From contig OX597822.1 in NCBI GenBank assembly GCA_951406725.2, forward strand, positions 97,588,001 to 97,652,000: 64,000 nucleotides of DNA, given 5' to 3'. Both the position numbers and the translations under genes were made by a program. Positions within the stretch are counted from its first letter, which is position 1, and each line of letters starts with the position of its first letter. The DNA is from Octopus vulgaris (taxonomy: Eukaryota). The notes beneath the pieces are model-generated. The model did not search any database, was not told the origin of the DNA, and saw only the letters and a list, made by a program, of their open reading frames with translations. This document shows positions 40,161-53,124 of this stretch, piece after piece.

Positions 40161-40331
40161 CATATATACGATAGGATTCTTTCAGTTTCCGTCTACCAAA
40201 TCCACTCACAAGGCATTGGTTGGCCCGGGGCTTTAGCAGAAGACACTTGCCCAAGATGCCACGCTGTGGGACTGAACCCGGAACCATGTGGTTGGATAGC
40301 AAGCTACTTACCACACAGCCACTCCTGCGCC
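39925..40331 (-). mobile_element. SINE family B, full length
   Basis: Reverse complement of 59451-59867. Confidence 0.9.
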
Positions 40332-40673
40332 TCACTGCAGTATTTTATAATAAAAGATGACTTAAGACTGACTGACTTGGTATAATGATCAGATGTCATT
40401 AAGCTAGTGGATACCATGAAATATTCCACTGTAACAGATGTGGATGATGAATAAAAATCAAAATAAATGGGCTGACAAAATATCAGAATAAAAGATGATT
40501 CGAGTTCTTGGATCAGATTCAAAAGTTCTGTGGTTTTGAGAACTGTTTGGTGCAAGAGTATTTGTGGACTCGGTGTTAAAAAATACCAAGAAATGAATAT
40601 GGAATGCAGTTATTTTTAATCTTATATAAATTACCAAATAATTGAATGTACTTTATTACATATAACTACTTAC

Positions 40674-41930
40674 CTATACTGTAATAGCATTTAGAAATAC
40701 CAGACTGCTCGTCATTTGACTTCCACTTTGCTTCAACTAGAATTGTTGTTGGTTGATCATGTGATATGACAAAGTACTCCATACTGATAACAGGTGGAGT
40801 TTTGTCAACTGTAACAGATTTTGTAAAGGTAGCAACTAACCCTGCTTCATTTTCCACTTGTGCTGTCACAAAAACTTTCTGTCCATGGAGAAGAGACTCA
40901 CTGTATATTGTGTGTATACCACTGGGAGATACATGAGCCAGTTGATTGATTTGGAAACCATGTGGTGTAGTTCCAGCACCAATGTAAATATGTCTGATGT
41001 CACTGTCTTCGTCCTGTACTTGAAGGGAGACTGATATTGTAGTAGGTGAAGTTTGCCGAAGTTCTAACGCACTGTTTACATCTGAACTAACTGATATACA
41101 CTCATCTACAGACATTTGGAATTTTAGTGGTAAATCTCTGCCAGCGTTAATCTGAAGGGAAACATTTTTCCTTCCATTTTCTCTAGATACAAAATGGAAT
41201 TTGAATTGAGAAGTGTCAGATAGTATTCGAGGAGGAATACGGGCTGCATTGTCTCCAATGTATAAAATGATATTTTGTCTGTATATATGAGATAGAACGG
41301 TGAAAGAGATGTAATAGATCTTGTGCATCTGAATCTGTAGTGTGGTGATAAAGTGTTGATCTTGGTCTTGAAGGCTGTTGTTGTTTACTTCAAATTCCTT
41401 TTGGATGATAGTTTTGGTAGAATCACACATAAAACCTTCAGGAGGCGTCCTATCTATGCAAACTTCTGGAGATCGAGAAATGTTGCTTCTGTGACCGGCT
41501 GCATCAACCGCTTGAACATAGCCTACATAGCACTTGCTTTGGTCTAGATTCAGAACTTCAAACTTGTGATGTGTTGCAATTCCAACAGAAGTAAAAGGAG
41601 ATGTAGCACTAGCGAGCTTGGATGGGCCCATTGCCACTACATATTCTTGTACAGCAGAGTGAGCATCTTCAAAACCGTGCCAGGATATTCCAAAAGACTT
41701 TTGTAAGTTCTGATGGTGACTGCTGCGATAGATCTCTGTGTTATATACAATGCCTGCTAAGGGAGGTATATCGTCAAAAACAAATCCATCAGAACTCAAT
41801 GAAACAAAGAGTCCAAGGTTATTAACTGCCACCACTGTGAAATAATAGCTGCTCCCTTTCTCTAACTTCACTTGGCTGACTTTCTCTGTAATATTTGCTG
41901 GTAAGATTTCTGCTGGTAAAAGGTCTCCAT
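40674..41930 (-). CDS. Giant FN3-like repeat protein, exon 8 in window
   Basis: CAG acceptor, GTAAG donor, 1257 nt, phase 1 to 1; YYFTVVAVNNLGL, DDIPPLAGIV, WHGFEDAHSAV, DRTPP, DKTPP, DEQSGI motifs. Confidence 0.95.
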
Positions 41931-42209
41931 CTGTTGAAAAACGGGACAAGTTAATCATCAATTACAAACATTATTTTTACTGGTATTTTTATAATTATGT
42001 TCAATTCATAACATATTAACATTCAAACACAAACACACTTGCACCCATACATACACATTTGCATGCAGATTCACATTTGCACCCTCCCGCCACCGCACAC
42101 ACATTCATACATATAAACATTTGCACACATTAATGACTTGTAGGGACACTGTATTTCATCAAGCAACCATAATATACTACAAAGTATATCAAACATAAGT
42201 CAATATCGT

Positions 42210-42722
42210 GTTCTACTGTGCTAGCAGTGCTCTTAATGACATGCATAAGATCTGGTCATCAAATATAAGTAGAGACTTCAAACTTGAAATCTTCAAAGCC
42301 ACAGTCGAACCAATTCTGCTATATGGCTCAGAAACCTGGACGTTATCAAAGAAGCTTGAGAGGCGGTTGGATGGAACCCACACTCGCCTCCTTATGAGAG
42401 ATCAAAATCTCTCGTGGAAGCACCATCCAACCAAAATGCAAATATATAGGAAACTACCACCTGTGTCATCTCTTGTGAAAGGTAGGAGAGTCCAGTTTGC
42501 TGGACATTGTTGTAGAGCTGAAAAAGAAGTAATTTCTACTCTTCTCCTCTGGAAGCCATCTACTCGCAATACCAGAGGGCGCACACTCTCCTACCCTGAT
42601 GTAATCTCCAGGGATACAGGCATCCAGCAACAGGACCTCCGTAATGCCATGATGGACCGTGAAGTCTGGTGTTTGTATGGTAAATTCCATTGTCTCGACC
42701 ACGGTCGAACAATGATGATGAT
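42210..42722 (+). mobile_element. RTE-like LINE 3' fragment
   Basis: KIWSS...KLEIFKATVEPILLYGSETWTL...LDGT.TRLL...FAGHC.R...MMDREVW, ending in an (ATG)n tail. Confidence 0.8.
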
Positions 42723-43458
42723 GAGTGCTCTTAAATCACCTGTTAAGATTATCTCTATAGATTTTCTATAGAAATTATGGCCAGCACTGATTTGGCATAC
42801 TTGGATATGAAGCGTAACAAATCAGTGCAGGCTATAATTTCTATAGTAAATCTGTACTGATGACCTTAACAAGTGATGTACACACATACTTTGCATACAG
42901 ATACATATGTGCACATACTTATTCAAAGAAACCCAAATATTATCTGATGAAAAATACCTTTACAAATCCTACATAGTAGCAAGATTAAATGTGAAGCTTA
43001 CAAGGTGAAATGCAATACTTGTATGGCAGTGAGACACGAGTACTGAATGCAGAAGATGCATGAAGGTTGGGGAGAAATTAAATAAGCATGATCCATTCGA
43101 TGTATAGTACTGGTTTCAAATTTTAGCACAAGGCCTGCAATTTCGGGGTTGAGGGAATAAAGTTGATTACATTGACATGGTGTTCAGCTGCTACTTATTT
43201 TATCAACTCTGAAAGGATGAAAAGCAAAGTCGACCCTGGTGGCATTTGAACTCAGAACCTAAAGATAGATGAAATGCCACTAAGGCATGCTAATGATTCT
43301 GCCAGCTCACTGTCTTCTATTGGATGTATGATATTAAGATGCATGAGTGATGAGATGAGAGATAAACTGAGATGATGAGCAATCTGGGAGATAACTGAGA
43401 AGAAGAGCAATCAGTTGTGGTGTGCTAGAGAGACTAACTTTATTGGTATTGACATTTA

Positions 43459-43722
43459 AGGTGGCGAGCTGGCAGAAATGTTAGCAGGCCGGGCGAAATG
43501 CGTAGCCGTATTTCGTCTCCCGTTACGTTCTGAGTTCAAATTCCGCCAAGGTCAACTTTGCCTTTCATCCTTCCGGGGTCGATTAAATAAGTACCAGTTA
43601 TGCACTGGGGTCGATTAAATAAGTACCAGTTATGCACTGGGGTCGATATAATCGACTTAATCCGTTTGTCTGTCCTTGTTTGTCCCCTCTGTGTTTAGCC
43701 CCTTGTGGGTAGTAAAGAAATA
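43459..43722 (+). mobile_element. SINE family A with internal duplication and TSD
   Basis: ggtattgacat lies on both flanks; the ggggtcgattaaataagtaccagttatgcact block is duplicated. Confidence 0.9.
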
Positions 43723-43854
43723 GGTATTGACATATAATGTGTAGAGAGAATGTAAAAATGTAGGGTTTTTTTTTTCCTCACAGATGTGAAAGATGTTGAC
43801 TAAATTAATAAAAAAACCTCAAAATAGGCAGTAGATACTGAATATTTTACTTAC

Positions 43855-44726
43855 AACCAGGTGCTGTTCCTGCCATCACAATGAAATGTGTCAGCACACT
43901 TTGTGATTCTTTAAAAACTCCCTTCCAGCAAGCTGCGATGGTTGTTACTGCTGTCATGTAGTCAACATCCTCCTCACTGCATCCTTTTGTTGTGTCCCGT
44001 ACTGATGCCCCTCGGCGAACGACTGGTGCAGTGAGATCAAGATCTATTGTGTCTGGAGATGTAAACACACGGAACTGGTCAGCAGAATACCATGCTTTAA
44101 TATAAAACTTGTATTCTTCACTAGCCAGTAGATCTTGTCCTTTAGGTAAACAGTAAGTCACGTGGTCTTGCAAACCAATATCTTTCCAAGGATTTTCTTT
44201 TAGAATATTGAAGATACCATCACCAAAACTGGAACCCTTTAAACCTGCACTCCATTCAAAACGTTGGATAGCAGAAACGTTGCTCACCTTCCAATAAGCT
44301 GTGAGACATTTAGCAGATACAATAAAGCCTTTATCATTTAATACATCTATTGATAAAGAAGTGTTTTCCTCGGGTAGACTATGACATTTCATTGAGGCTT
44401 TAGAGAGCACTTGACATTTTTTACCACTAGCAGCACAAGTACAGTCATTATTGCAATACTGTATAGAACAAGAGTGTTTTTGGATATCAAGCAGTCCATA
44501 GTCTCCTTGTATGGAGCTACTCACCATTCTAACAGTCAGTTTAAATACTGCACTATAAAGACCTACTCTGTTTTCTGCTAGAATCTCAATGATGAGTTCA
44601 TCTGATGGTATGAGAAGTTCATTCAGTATTGCTTGGGCAGATTGGTATTTCATTCCACTTTTGTGAGAGACAGTTATGGGTTTGCTTATCAGTTGGTTAC
44701 TTAAGTGGCGTATTGTTAGGTGATAT
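43855..44726 (-). CDS. Giant FN3-like repeat protein, exon 7 in window (includes Cys-rich linker)
   Basis: CAG acceptor, GTAAGT donor, phase 2 to 1; ILAENRVGL, CSIQYCNNDCTCAASGKKC, DLTAP, CWKGVF, AGTAPG. Confidence 0.95.
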
Positions 44727-44796
44727 CTGAAAATGAAGGAAACAGTGTGAAGTTGAATTATAAAAATGTCACATCAATAATAATAACAATAGGGGT

Positions 44797-44966
44797 TTTC
44801 AAATTTTAGCACAAGGCCAGCAATTTTAGGGCAAGGGATTTACAGATTACATTGCTTACTGGTATCTATTTTATCAAGACCAAAAAGACGAAAGCAAAAT
44901 CAACCTCAGCAGAATTGAATTTGAACTCAGAATGTAAAGGGCTGGCAAAAATGCCAGCTTGGCACC

Positions 44967-45012
<46 letters not shown>

Positions 45013-45203
45013 CAACAATAATAATAATAATGGTTTCAAATTTTGTCACAAGGCCAGCAATTTTAGGGCAAGGGATTTACAGATTACATTGCTTACTGGT
45101 ATCTATTTTATCAAGACCAAAAAGGCGAAAGCAAAATCAACCTCAGCAGAATTGAATTTGAACTCAGAATGTAAAGGGCTGGTAAAAATGCCAGCTTGGC
45201 ACC

Positions 45204-45250
<47 letters not shown>

Positions 45251-45270
45251 TTTTCAAATTTTGTCACAAG
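44797..45270. repeat. Recent tandem duplication (~238 bp) of an eroded SINE plus (TAA)n
   Basis: 44797-45034 and 45035-45250 are near-identical. Confidence 0.9.
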
Positions 45271-45881
45271 GGCAGCCATTTTGTGGGAGAAGATGAGTTG
45301 ATTGCATCAACCCCAGTGTTCAACTGATACATTTTATTAACCCTGAAAGGATGAAAGATGAAGTCAAGACAAATGGCTCAAGAAAATTGGAATAAAATGC
45401 CCTGTAGAGCTCCTACATAAAGTTTGCCTCTTAGGGAGAGCAAGGATTATCAGGAAAGTTCTCAGTCCTTGAGATACTACTGATAACTTGTGGATTCCTA
45501 AGGTTACAGGTAGTAACCCACTACCTACATAAATCCTACCAAGAATAAGACCAAACCTGCATAAAACCAAAACAATAATCCTTTCTACTATAGGCACAAA
45601 GCCTAAATTTTGTGGGGAGGAGGACAGTTGATTACCTCGACTCCAGTACTCAACTGGTACTTAATTTGTCGATCCCGAAAGGATGAAAGGCAAAGTCGAC
45701 CTCAGAGGAATTTGAACTCAGAATGTAGTGGCAAATGAAATACTGTTAAGCGTTTTGCCCGGCATTCTAACAATTTAATATAATAATAATGATAATAATA
45801 ATAACAAGAGCACTCGGAGAGTGCAAACCTCTGCCAAAGCAACACCTATTAGATAAACTAACTATATTATTAATATATAAG

Positions 45882-46172
45882 CACCATCCGAATGTGGCCG
45901 ATGCCAGCGCCGCCTTGACTGGCTTCCATGCTGGTGGCATGTTAAAAGCACCAACCGATCGTGGCCGATGCCAGACTCCCCTGGCACCTGTGCCGGTGGC
46001 ACGTAAAAAGCACCCACTACACTTGCAGAGTGGTTGGTGTTAGGAAGGGCATCCAGCTGTAGAAACACTGCCAGATCAGACTGGAGCCTGGTGCAGCCCC
46101 TGGTTTCCCAGACCCCGGTCGAACCGTCCAACCCATGCTAGTGCGGAAAACGGACGTTAAACGATGATGATG
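45882..46172 (+). mobile_element. SINE-like family C
   Basis: Family core and (GAT)n tail. Confidence 0.85.
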
Positions 46173-46444
46173 ATAATGATGTAGTACTACATATATATTA
46201 ATAAGATAGTTAGTTTATATAATTGGTGTGTATATATTTGAACCATTACCTATTTTTAATTCTAGTATTTACAGCTTGTACTAGCATTATGTATATTACT
46301 TAACATTAAGGTTTTTAATATATCATGCATGGTCATTGTTTAGTTACTTCAAAACAATGTGAAAAATAAACATTATATTTGACAATGAAATAATAAAATA
46401 ATAATAATAATGAAATTATTGTATCGAAATTATTGTATTGAACC

Positions 46445-46782
46445 AGCCAGGATCCCTGGTCTGGTGGTACGTAAAAAGCACTATCTGACTCGTGGCTGAT
46501 GCCAACGCCGCCTCGACTGGCTTCCGTACCGGTGGCACGTAAAATACACCAATCCGACCGTGGCCCTTGCCAGCCTCGCCTGGCACCTGTGCAGGTGGCA
46601 CGTAAAAAGCACCCACTACACTCACGGAGTGGTTGGCGTTAGGAAGGGCATCCAGCTGTAGAAACATTGCCAGATAAGACTGGAGCCTGGTGCAGCCTTC
46701 TGGCTTCCCAGATCCCCGGTCGAACCATCCAACCCATGCTAGCATGGAGAACGGACGTTAAACGATGATGATGATGATGATG
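46445..46782 (+). mobile_element. SINE-like family C
   Basis: Family core and (GAT)n tail. Confidence 0.85.
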
Positions 46783-47000
46783 AGTGCTCAGGTGCACCAC
46801 AACTTGTCAGACAGTGCATATAAAGCACATGCAGTAGTGTACAAATGTCTGGAAAGCGAACAATGCATGAGTCAGGTACATGCTTGTGTGTGTATGGAGG
46901 GGAGAAAATCAGGTGTAGTGCTGGCGAATCTCAGAAAGCATGGAAGTTTTGAAGGATGCAGTGCTCTGACAACTAACAACTGACGCCGGCAGTTTGTTCC
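46783..47000 (-). mobile_element. CR1-like LINE 3' end (same family as 61563-62030)
   Basis: Near-identical to 61598-61815. Confidence 0.8.
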
Positions 47001-47759
47001 CTGAATGCTAACAGGTTAAATTAATCCCAGTATGTGACTGGTACTATATTTTATCAAACTCAAAAAGTTGAACAATGATCCACAACATGTGATTGGGTAA
47101 GGTCTGCATGGACTTCTGTGGAGACATATGACTTAGTAGTTAAAGTGCTGGGCTCATGATCATAAGAGTGTGGTTTCAGTTCCTGGACTGGTCAAGGCAT
47201 TATGCCCTTCAGCAAAAGACCTCATTTCATGTTGCTCCAGTTCACTCAGCTGGCAAAAATGAGTAATCCTGCGATGATTTAGTGTCTCATCCAGAGTAGG
47301 AGAGGGTGATATATATATATATATTCACATTGTTTTGAAGTAACTAAACAATGACCATGCATGATATATTAAAAACCTTAATGTTAAGTAATATACATAA
47401 TGCTAGAACAAGCCGTAAATACTAGAATTAAAAATAGGTAATGGTTCAAATATATACACACCTATATATATATATGCTATTTTTAATTCTAATATTTACA
47501 GCTTGTACTAGCATTATGTATATTACTTAGCATTAAGGTTTTTAATATATCATGCATTATCTTCTATCTTCAAGATTTCTTTGATGTGACTATATTTTTT
47601 TAGAATGGCATTGTAGGGTAAATGTAAGAGACCAGATCAGGTAGAATATTTGGGCTGGATATGGCCAGTTTAAATGCTAATGGGTTAATATTTCGTAAAG
47701 CACTCCACTAGTTGTGAAAGGAATTATAAGAATTATAAGAGAAGGCACAGGGTGGTCAA

Positions 47760-47990
47760 GGCGGTGAGCTGGCAGAAACGTTAGCATGCCGGGCGAAATG
47801 CTTAGCTGTATTTCGTTTGCCGCTACGTTCTGAGTTCAAATTCCGCCGAGGTCGACTCTGCCTTTCATCCTTTCGGGGTCGATAAATTGAGTACCAGTTA
47901 CGCACTGGGGTCAATGTAATCGACTTAATCCATTTGTCTGTCCTTGTTTGTCCACTCTGTGTAGCCCCTTGTGGGTAGTAAAGAAATAGG
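47760..47990 (+). mobile_element. SINE family A
   Basis: Full-length copy with ggtca on both flanks. Confidence 0.9.
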
Positions 47991-48159
47991 TCATGGTGCC
48001 ACTGATATGCTGGACTTTTCAACTAAATGTTTGTTTAGTTACTTCTTTTTAGAAATCATGTAAATGGTCAACAACAACAACTATAATGACAACTGCAGCA
48101 ATGACAACAAGAAACATTAGTATGGGCACTTTATCATATCACAATTCAAAATGTCTCAC

Positions 48160-48383
48160 CTGCTGATATATGATTCTCCGTCTTCGAAATTATACCAAAC
48201 CAGGTTAAGTCTGGTTAGATTTACTCCATTTTCCGAAACAGTGTCCCAGCTGAGCTTATCTGGTTTGAAATGGCCCATGAATGGTGCAGTACTGTCAACA
48301 TAAACCTGCTGAAGTGCATCGACAAATGTGCAAAGTCCCGCAGCATTGCATGCTGCCATAGAAACGTTGTAAAGTGAACCATC
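48160..48383 (-). CDS. Giant FN3-like repeat protein, exon 6 in window
   Basis: CAG acceptor, GTGAG donor, phase 0 to 2; DGSLYNVSMAACNAAGL...VDSTAP...WYNFEDGESYIS. Confidence 0.92.
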
Positions 48384-48480
48384 CTGAAATGAAACCCCAT
48401 AAAACAGAGATTAATTCTAGAAACATTGTTTGTTTTATGTATGTTTTTTTCAAGTTAGCAAGAATTCGAAGAATACCTCT

Positions 48481-48890
48481 CTCTTTACTCTTTTACTCTT
48501 TTACTTGTTTCAGTCATTTGACTGCGGCCATGCTGGAGCACCGCCTTTAGTCGAGCAAATCGACCCCGGGACTTATTCTTTGTAAGCCCAGTACTTATTC
48601 CATCGGTCTCTTTTGCCGAACTGCTAAGTGACGGGGACGTAAACACACCAGCATCGGTTGTCAAGCAATGCTAGGGGGACAAACACACACACACACAAAC
48701 ACACACATATATATATATACATATATACGACAGGCTTCTTTCAGTTTCCGTCTACCAAATCCACTCACAAGGCATTGGTCGGCTCGGGGCTTTAGCAGAA
48801 GACACTTGCCCAAGATGCCACACAGTGGGACTGAACCCGGAACCATGTGGTTGGTTAGCAAGCTACTCACCACACAGACACTCCTGCGCC
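48481..48890 (-). mobile_element. SINE family B, full length
   Basis: Reverse complement of 59451-59867. Confidence 0.9.
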
Positions 48891-49029
48891 TATTGAGACT
48901 ATTGAGACTATTTATGCAATATATTGATTTGTTTATACCAAAAACATTTCACGTGAATTCACAGAACTTTACATGTTTTTATTGTATTCTATTGTGATTT
49001 TGTCCAAGATGGAAATGAACAACAGGTGG

Positions 49030-49625
49030 AATCCTTGAAAAAAAAGAAGTGATTTCCTCGCATGTATGATAATATCAATTTCCGAGCTATCGATATTGAC
49101 ATACTGCTTGGCGAAATCTAATGCCCTTAGGAGTAAAGTCCTAGATATTGACGGGTAAAAGTCAATAATATCAAACTGCATAAAATTGCAGTTATGCTTA
49201 TAGCTAATCCCTTTAAATCACTCTATAACTGACTTACTATTCTTCCAAATTCTCAAATCTAATTCACTATCTAACTTAGTTAAAATACGGTTCAAAATAT
49301 ATTTGCTAATAATGCCTATTTCAGTTTTAGCCGGATTGATCAATCTACATTTAGCGTTTCTATTAAAATTGGCTTTATGGTCTTTTAGAGTAATAAAAGC
49401 GGGTCGCAGGGAAAGGTATTCTATCATATCGCTAATCTTAAGATTGTTAGCTATTCTTCTTGTTTCCAAATTCACCTCTTTGTATATATTTGTGTTATCT
49501 TTCTTGTATGTGTCTCTGACGCTATTCGAAATTAGATGCTTGTAAACGTCCTTATCAAGTGCATATAAGTTTCTTGTCTTATCAGAATTAACGAAGATCT
49601 TATCTGTGTATTTTGATGTATACAT
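49030..49625 (-). mobile_element. Penelope-like reverse transcriptase fragment
   Basis: SDKTRNLY...AFITLKDHK.NF...CRLINPAKTEIG.ISK...IWKNS.SVI and FDIIDFYPSI...HARKSLLF; one in-frame stop. Confidence 0.85.
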
Positions 49626-50208
49626 GTATATTGATGGTTTAGTATGAGTATATACTGTTGTGAAATATTTTAATATATTTTAATTTCAATTTTTTATGTA
49701 TCAATTGTATTAATCGAATTATATTTTCTACATAATTAATGACAATATGTATTTGAATCAACTCTTCGATTTAAGGTTTTTTCCTCGATTTTTATAATTT
49801 TATATTGAACTCATTTATTTTGTTTTGTTTATTTTGTTTATCGCTCGCATATGACCGTTATTTGAAAGGACCAATCAAACAAATCCATTTTTAAATGTGC
49901 ATCGTTTATGCTAGTTTTTGATCAAATTGTCATCTTCGTTCTATTTTAACAAAACTGTCCAACGAATGGAAACGTGAAACTCCAAGTAACAGCTTTTGTT
50001 AAATTTCTGCTGCTTTTAAATAAAGCATACTACTCTACCTTTGGTATTTGAGTACTCTTTTTTCCACCTTGTTTCACATTTATGTGTTTACTCTGGTATA
50101 TATATATATATAATTATTATTATCTGAGGGAATAAAATCCAAACTTACAAGGAAAAAGAATTCAATTTAGAAATACTAAATCAAATTCCATACAATATAA
50201 TATATATA

Positions 50209-50530
50209 TAAAATATTAGAAAAAACCCCACCTTTTATCAATTCAAAATGAATAATTAAATTACGCCATCTAGAAAATTACATATAATAGAAAAGTTAAA
50301 ATTAAGATAACAATTAAAAAGTAAAGATTAAGTAAATTACAAAAATAATATAATGTATATAATAGGTAGAAAAACAATTATATACATTACATTATTTTTG
50401 TAACTTACTTAATCTTTACTTTTTAATTGTCATCTTAGTTTTAACTTTTCTATTATACGTAATTTTCTAGATGATGTAATTTAATTATTCATTTTGAATT
50501 GATAAAAGGTGTTTTTTTTCTAATATTTTA
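50209..50530. repeat. Inverted repeat with ~155-bp arms and ~13-nt loop
   Basis: 50209-50363 is the reverse complement of 50377-50530 with scattered mismatches; flanked by (TA)n. Confidence 0.9.
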
Positions 50531-50589
50531 TATATATATATGTATATATATATACATATATATGTATATATAAGTATACATATATGTGC

Positions 50590-50625
<36 letters not shown>

Positions 50626-51014
50626 GAAATATGTTACAAAAAGAAAATAGAAACTACATGTGAAAATGTAAGCGGGGGGAAGTAAGAAGAAGAATAAGCA
50701 AAAATGCACATTGGAAATCAAAAAAAGTAAAGGATTTTTATGAAAAGTAACGATAGATATATACATTTAGATGAACTGAGGTAGGAATAAAAGTAATAAA
50801 AGTCATTATTGTGAATTGTTAAAGAGATTAAAAGAATTTTTTTTCGAAATCCATTCCAGCATGGAAGGTGTACATTAATCAATGATGATGATAATGATGA
50901 TGATGACATGTATGTATAACGGGAAGCTTTATGAAAATAAACAAAAGACGAAGGCAGGTGGAATACAAACAAACAATTGTATTAGTATGGCGCTCAGGAA
51001 TATAAATAAAACAA

Positions 51015-51054
51015 GTCTTTTACGTTTCGAGCCTACGCTCTTCAACAGAAAGAA
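51015..51054 (-). ncRNA. Minimal hammerhead-like motif (CUGUUGA variant)
   Basis: Minus strand: cttt-CTGTTGA-a-gagc-gtag-gctc-GAAA-cgt-aaaag; same layout as 8749-8783 but with a non-canonical core. Confidence 0.4.
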
Positions 51055-51284
51055 ACACAGAAAAGAAACACGGAGAGAAACAAGGAGAGAAAAAAAATAC
51101 GTGCAGAAGCTAGCGAATCAACATGGCGATGTATGTGTGTATGAATGCGTGTGTGCATATATGCATGCATTTTTCTATGTGTTTATGCTTGTCTCTTCAC
51201 TATTTAATAACTACTTGGTTTGTTCATGTCCAAATAACACTGAGGTTCAACAAAAGAGGTTGATAGAACATGTACTTAAAATGA

Positions 51285-51585
51285 GTGTTTATTGAGCGAA
51301 AACACCTAAAAGCTCCACGAGGCTCCGGCAGGGGATGGTGGTGATCCCTGCTGTACTCTTTCGCCACAACTTTCTCTCACTCTTACTTCCTGTTTCTGTT
51401 GTACCTGTATTTCAAGGGGCCGGCCTTGTCACTCTCTGTGTCACGCTGAATATCCCCGAGAACTACGTTAAGGGTGCACGTGTCTGTGGAGTGCTCAGCC
51501 ACTTACACGTTAATTTCACGAGCAGGCTGTTCTGTTGAATCGGATCAACCGGAACCCTCATCGTCGTAACCCATGGAGTGCTTCC
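51285..51585 (+). mobile_element. SINE-like family D
   Basis: Reverse complement at 58680-58965; related sequence at 26290-26470. Confidence 0.8.
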
Positions 51586-51764
51586 ATCACTTAAAATGAG
51601 TATTGAGGTTGATTTGTTTGACTAAACTTGCTAGGAAGTGCTCTAACATGGCCAGAACTCAATGACTGAAACAAGTAAAAGTTAACAGAATATATTTCGG
51701 TTGATTTAGTCATTTGCACCAAAAGTAATTGAGTCTAAGTGAGAATAAAATGACTGTATTTTAC

Positions 51765-52266
51765 CTGAAGCCTGTCTTCTCCTTTCAGAACCAAAGTGGC
51801 ATGATCCATTGGCGGCAACTGGAACTCTTTAGAAAAGGTTGTACCAGAGTGATGTGGATATAACATGAGGAAACGGTCAACTATTGGACTCTCATCATCT
51901 TTAAATGACCACTCCAATGACAGAACACTGCTGTCTGTAGTATAGAAGACACTGCCATTAGTGGATAGTTTGTGTAAGTTTAGAACCTTTGGTGGCATCA
52001 GAACTTTTGGTGGTGTTTTATCAATGTAGAATCCAGCAGAAGAACCAGTTGAAGTGAGACCCACATTGTTGTAACCCATCACAGAAGCATAAAGCAAAGT
52101 ATCCAGAGGAAGGTTTAAGTTGAGTGCAACAACAGAAGTTGTTAATAAAGCTGGTTGCCATTGTAAGATGTCACAGAGGAATGGCTTTTTGCCGATGCAA
52201 TATTCAAATTTCTGCATTGAGGAGTGAGGGTCATAGAATCCAGTCCACTGTATATTTAAAGTTGAT
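51765..52266 (-). CDS. Giant FN3-like repeat protein, exon 5 in window
   Basis: CAG acceptor, GTAAAA donor, phase 2 to 0; WTGFYDPHSSM, YNNVGL, IDKTPP, WSFKDDESPI. Confidence 0.95.
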
Positions 52267-52399
52267 CTGAAGTTAGAAATTACATATAAAATTGTTAAGT
52301 GATGGCCTATATAATTGAGTTGTTTCAATAGGAAAAAAATGCTTTCAAATTTTAGCACAAAGCCAGCAATTTCAGAGGAGAGGACAAGTTGATTACTCA

Positions 52400-52619
52400 T
52401 TTACTTGTTTCAGTCATTTGACTGTGGCCATGCTGGAGCACCGCCTTTAGTTGAGCAAATCACTCCCAGGACTTATTCTTTGTAAGCCTAGTACTTATTC
52501 TATCGGTCTCTTTTGCCGAACTGCTAAGTTACTGAGACGTTAACACACCAGCATCAGTTGTCAAGCAATGTTGGGGGGGGGGGCGGCAAACACAGACACA
52601 CAAACACATACACACATAC

Positions 52620-52675
<56 letters not shown>

Positions 52676-52845
52676 ATATATACGACGGGCTTCTTTCAGT
52701 TTCCGTCTACTAAATTCACTCACAAGGTTTTGGTCAGCCCGAGGCTATAATAGAAGGCACTTGTCCAAGGTGCCACGCAGCGGGACTGAACCTGGAACCA
52801 TGTGGTTCGTCTGCAAGCTACTTACCACACAGCCACTCCTACGCC
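52400..52845 (-). mobile_element. SINE family B nested in an older family A copy
   Basis: Eroded family A sequence flanks it on both sides (52340-52398 and 52860-53010). Confidence 0.85.
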
Positions 52846-53124
52846 TATAACATCAACGCCTATTACATCAACTCCAGTGCTCAACTGGTGCTAATTTTAT
52901 TGACCTCGAAAGGATGAAAGGTAAAATTGACCTTGGCAGAATTTGAACTCAGAATATAAAGACTGATGAAATGCTGCCAAGCATGTGCAAATCTGTCAGC
53001 TCACTGCCTTCATAGAAAAGAAAATGATAAAACCTATAAATAGCATTTACAAAAATTCTTGTTCATAACTAAATTAGTAACCATAAAACTGTGTTTATAT
53101 CTGAAGTAGGGTGAGGAAATCATA

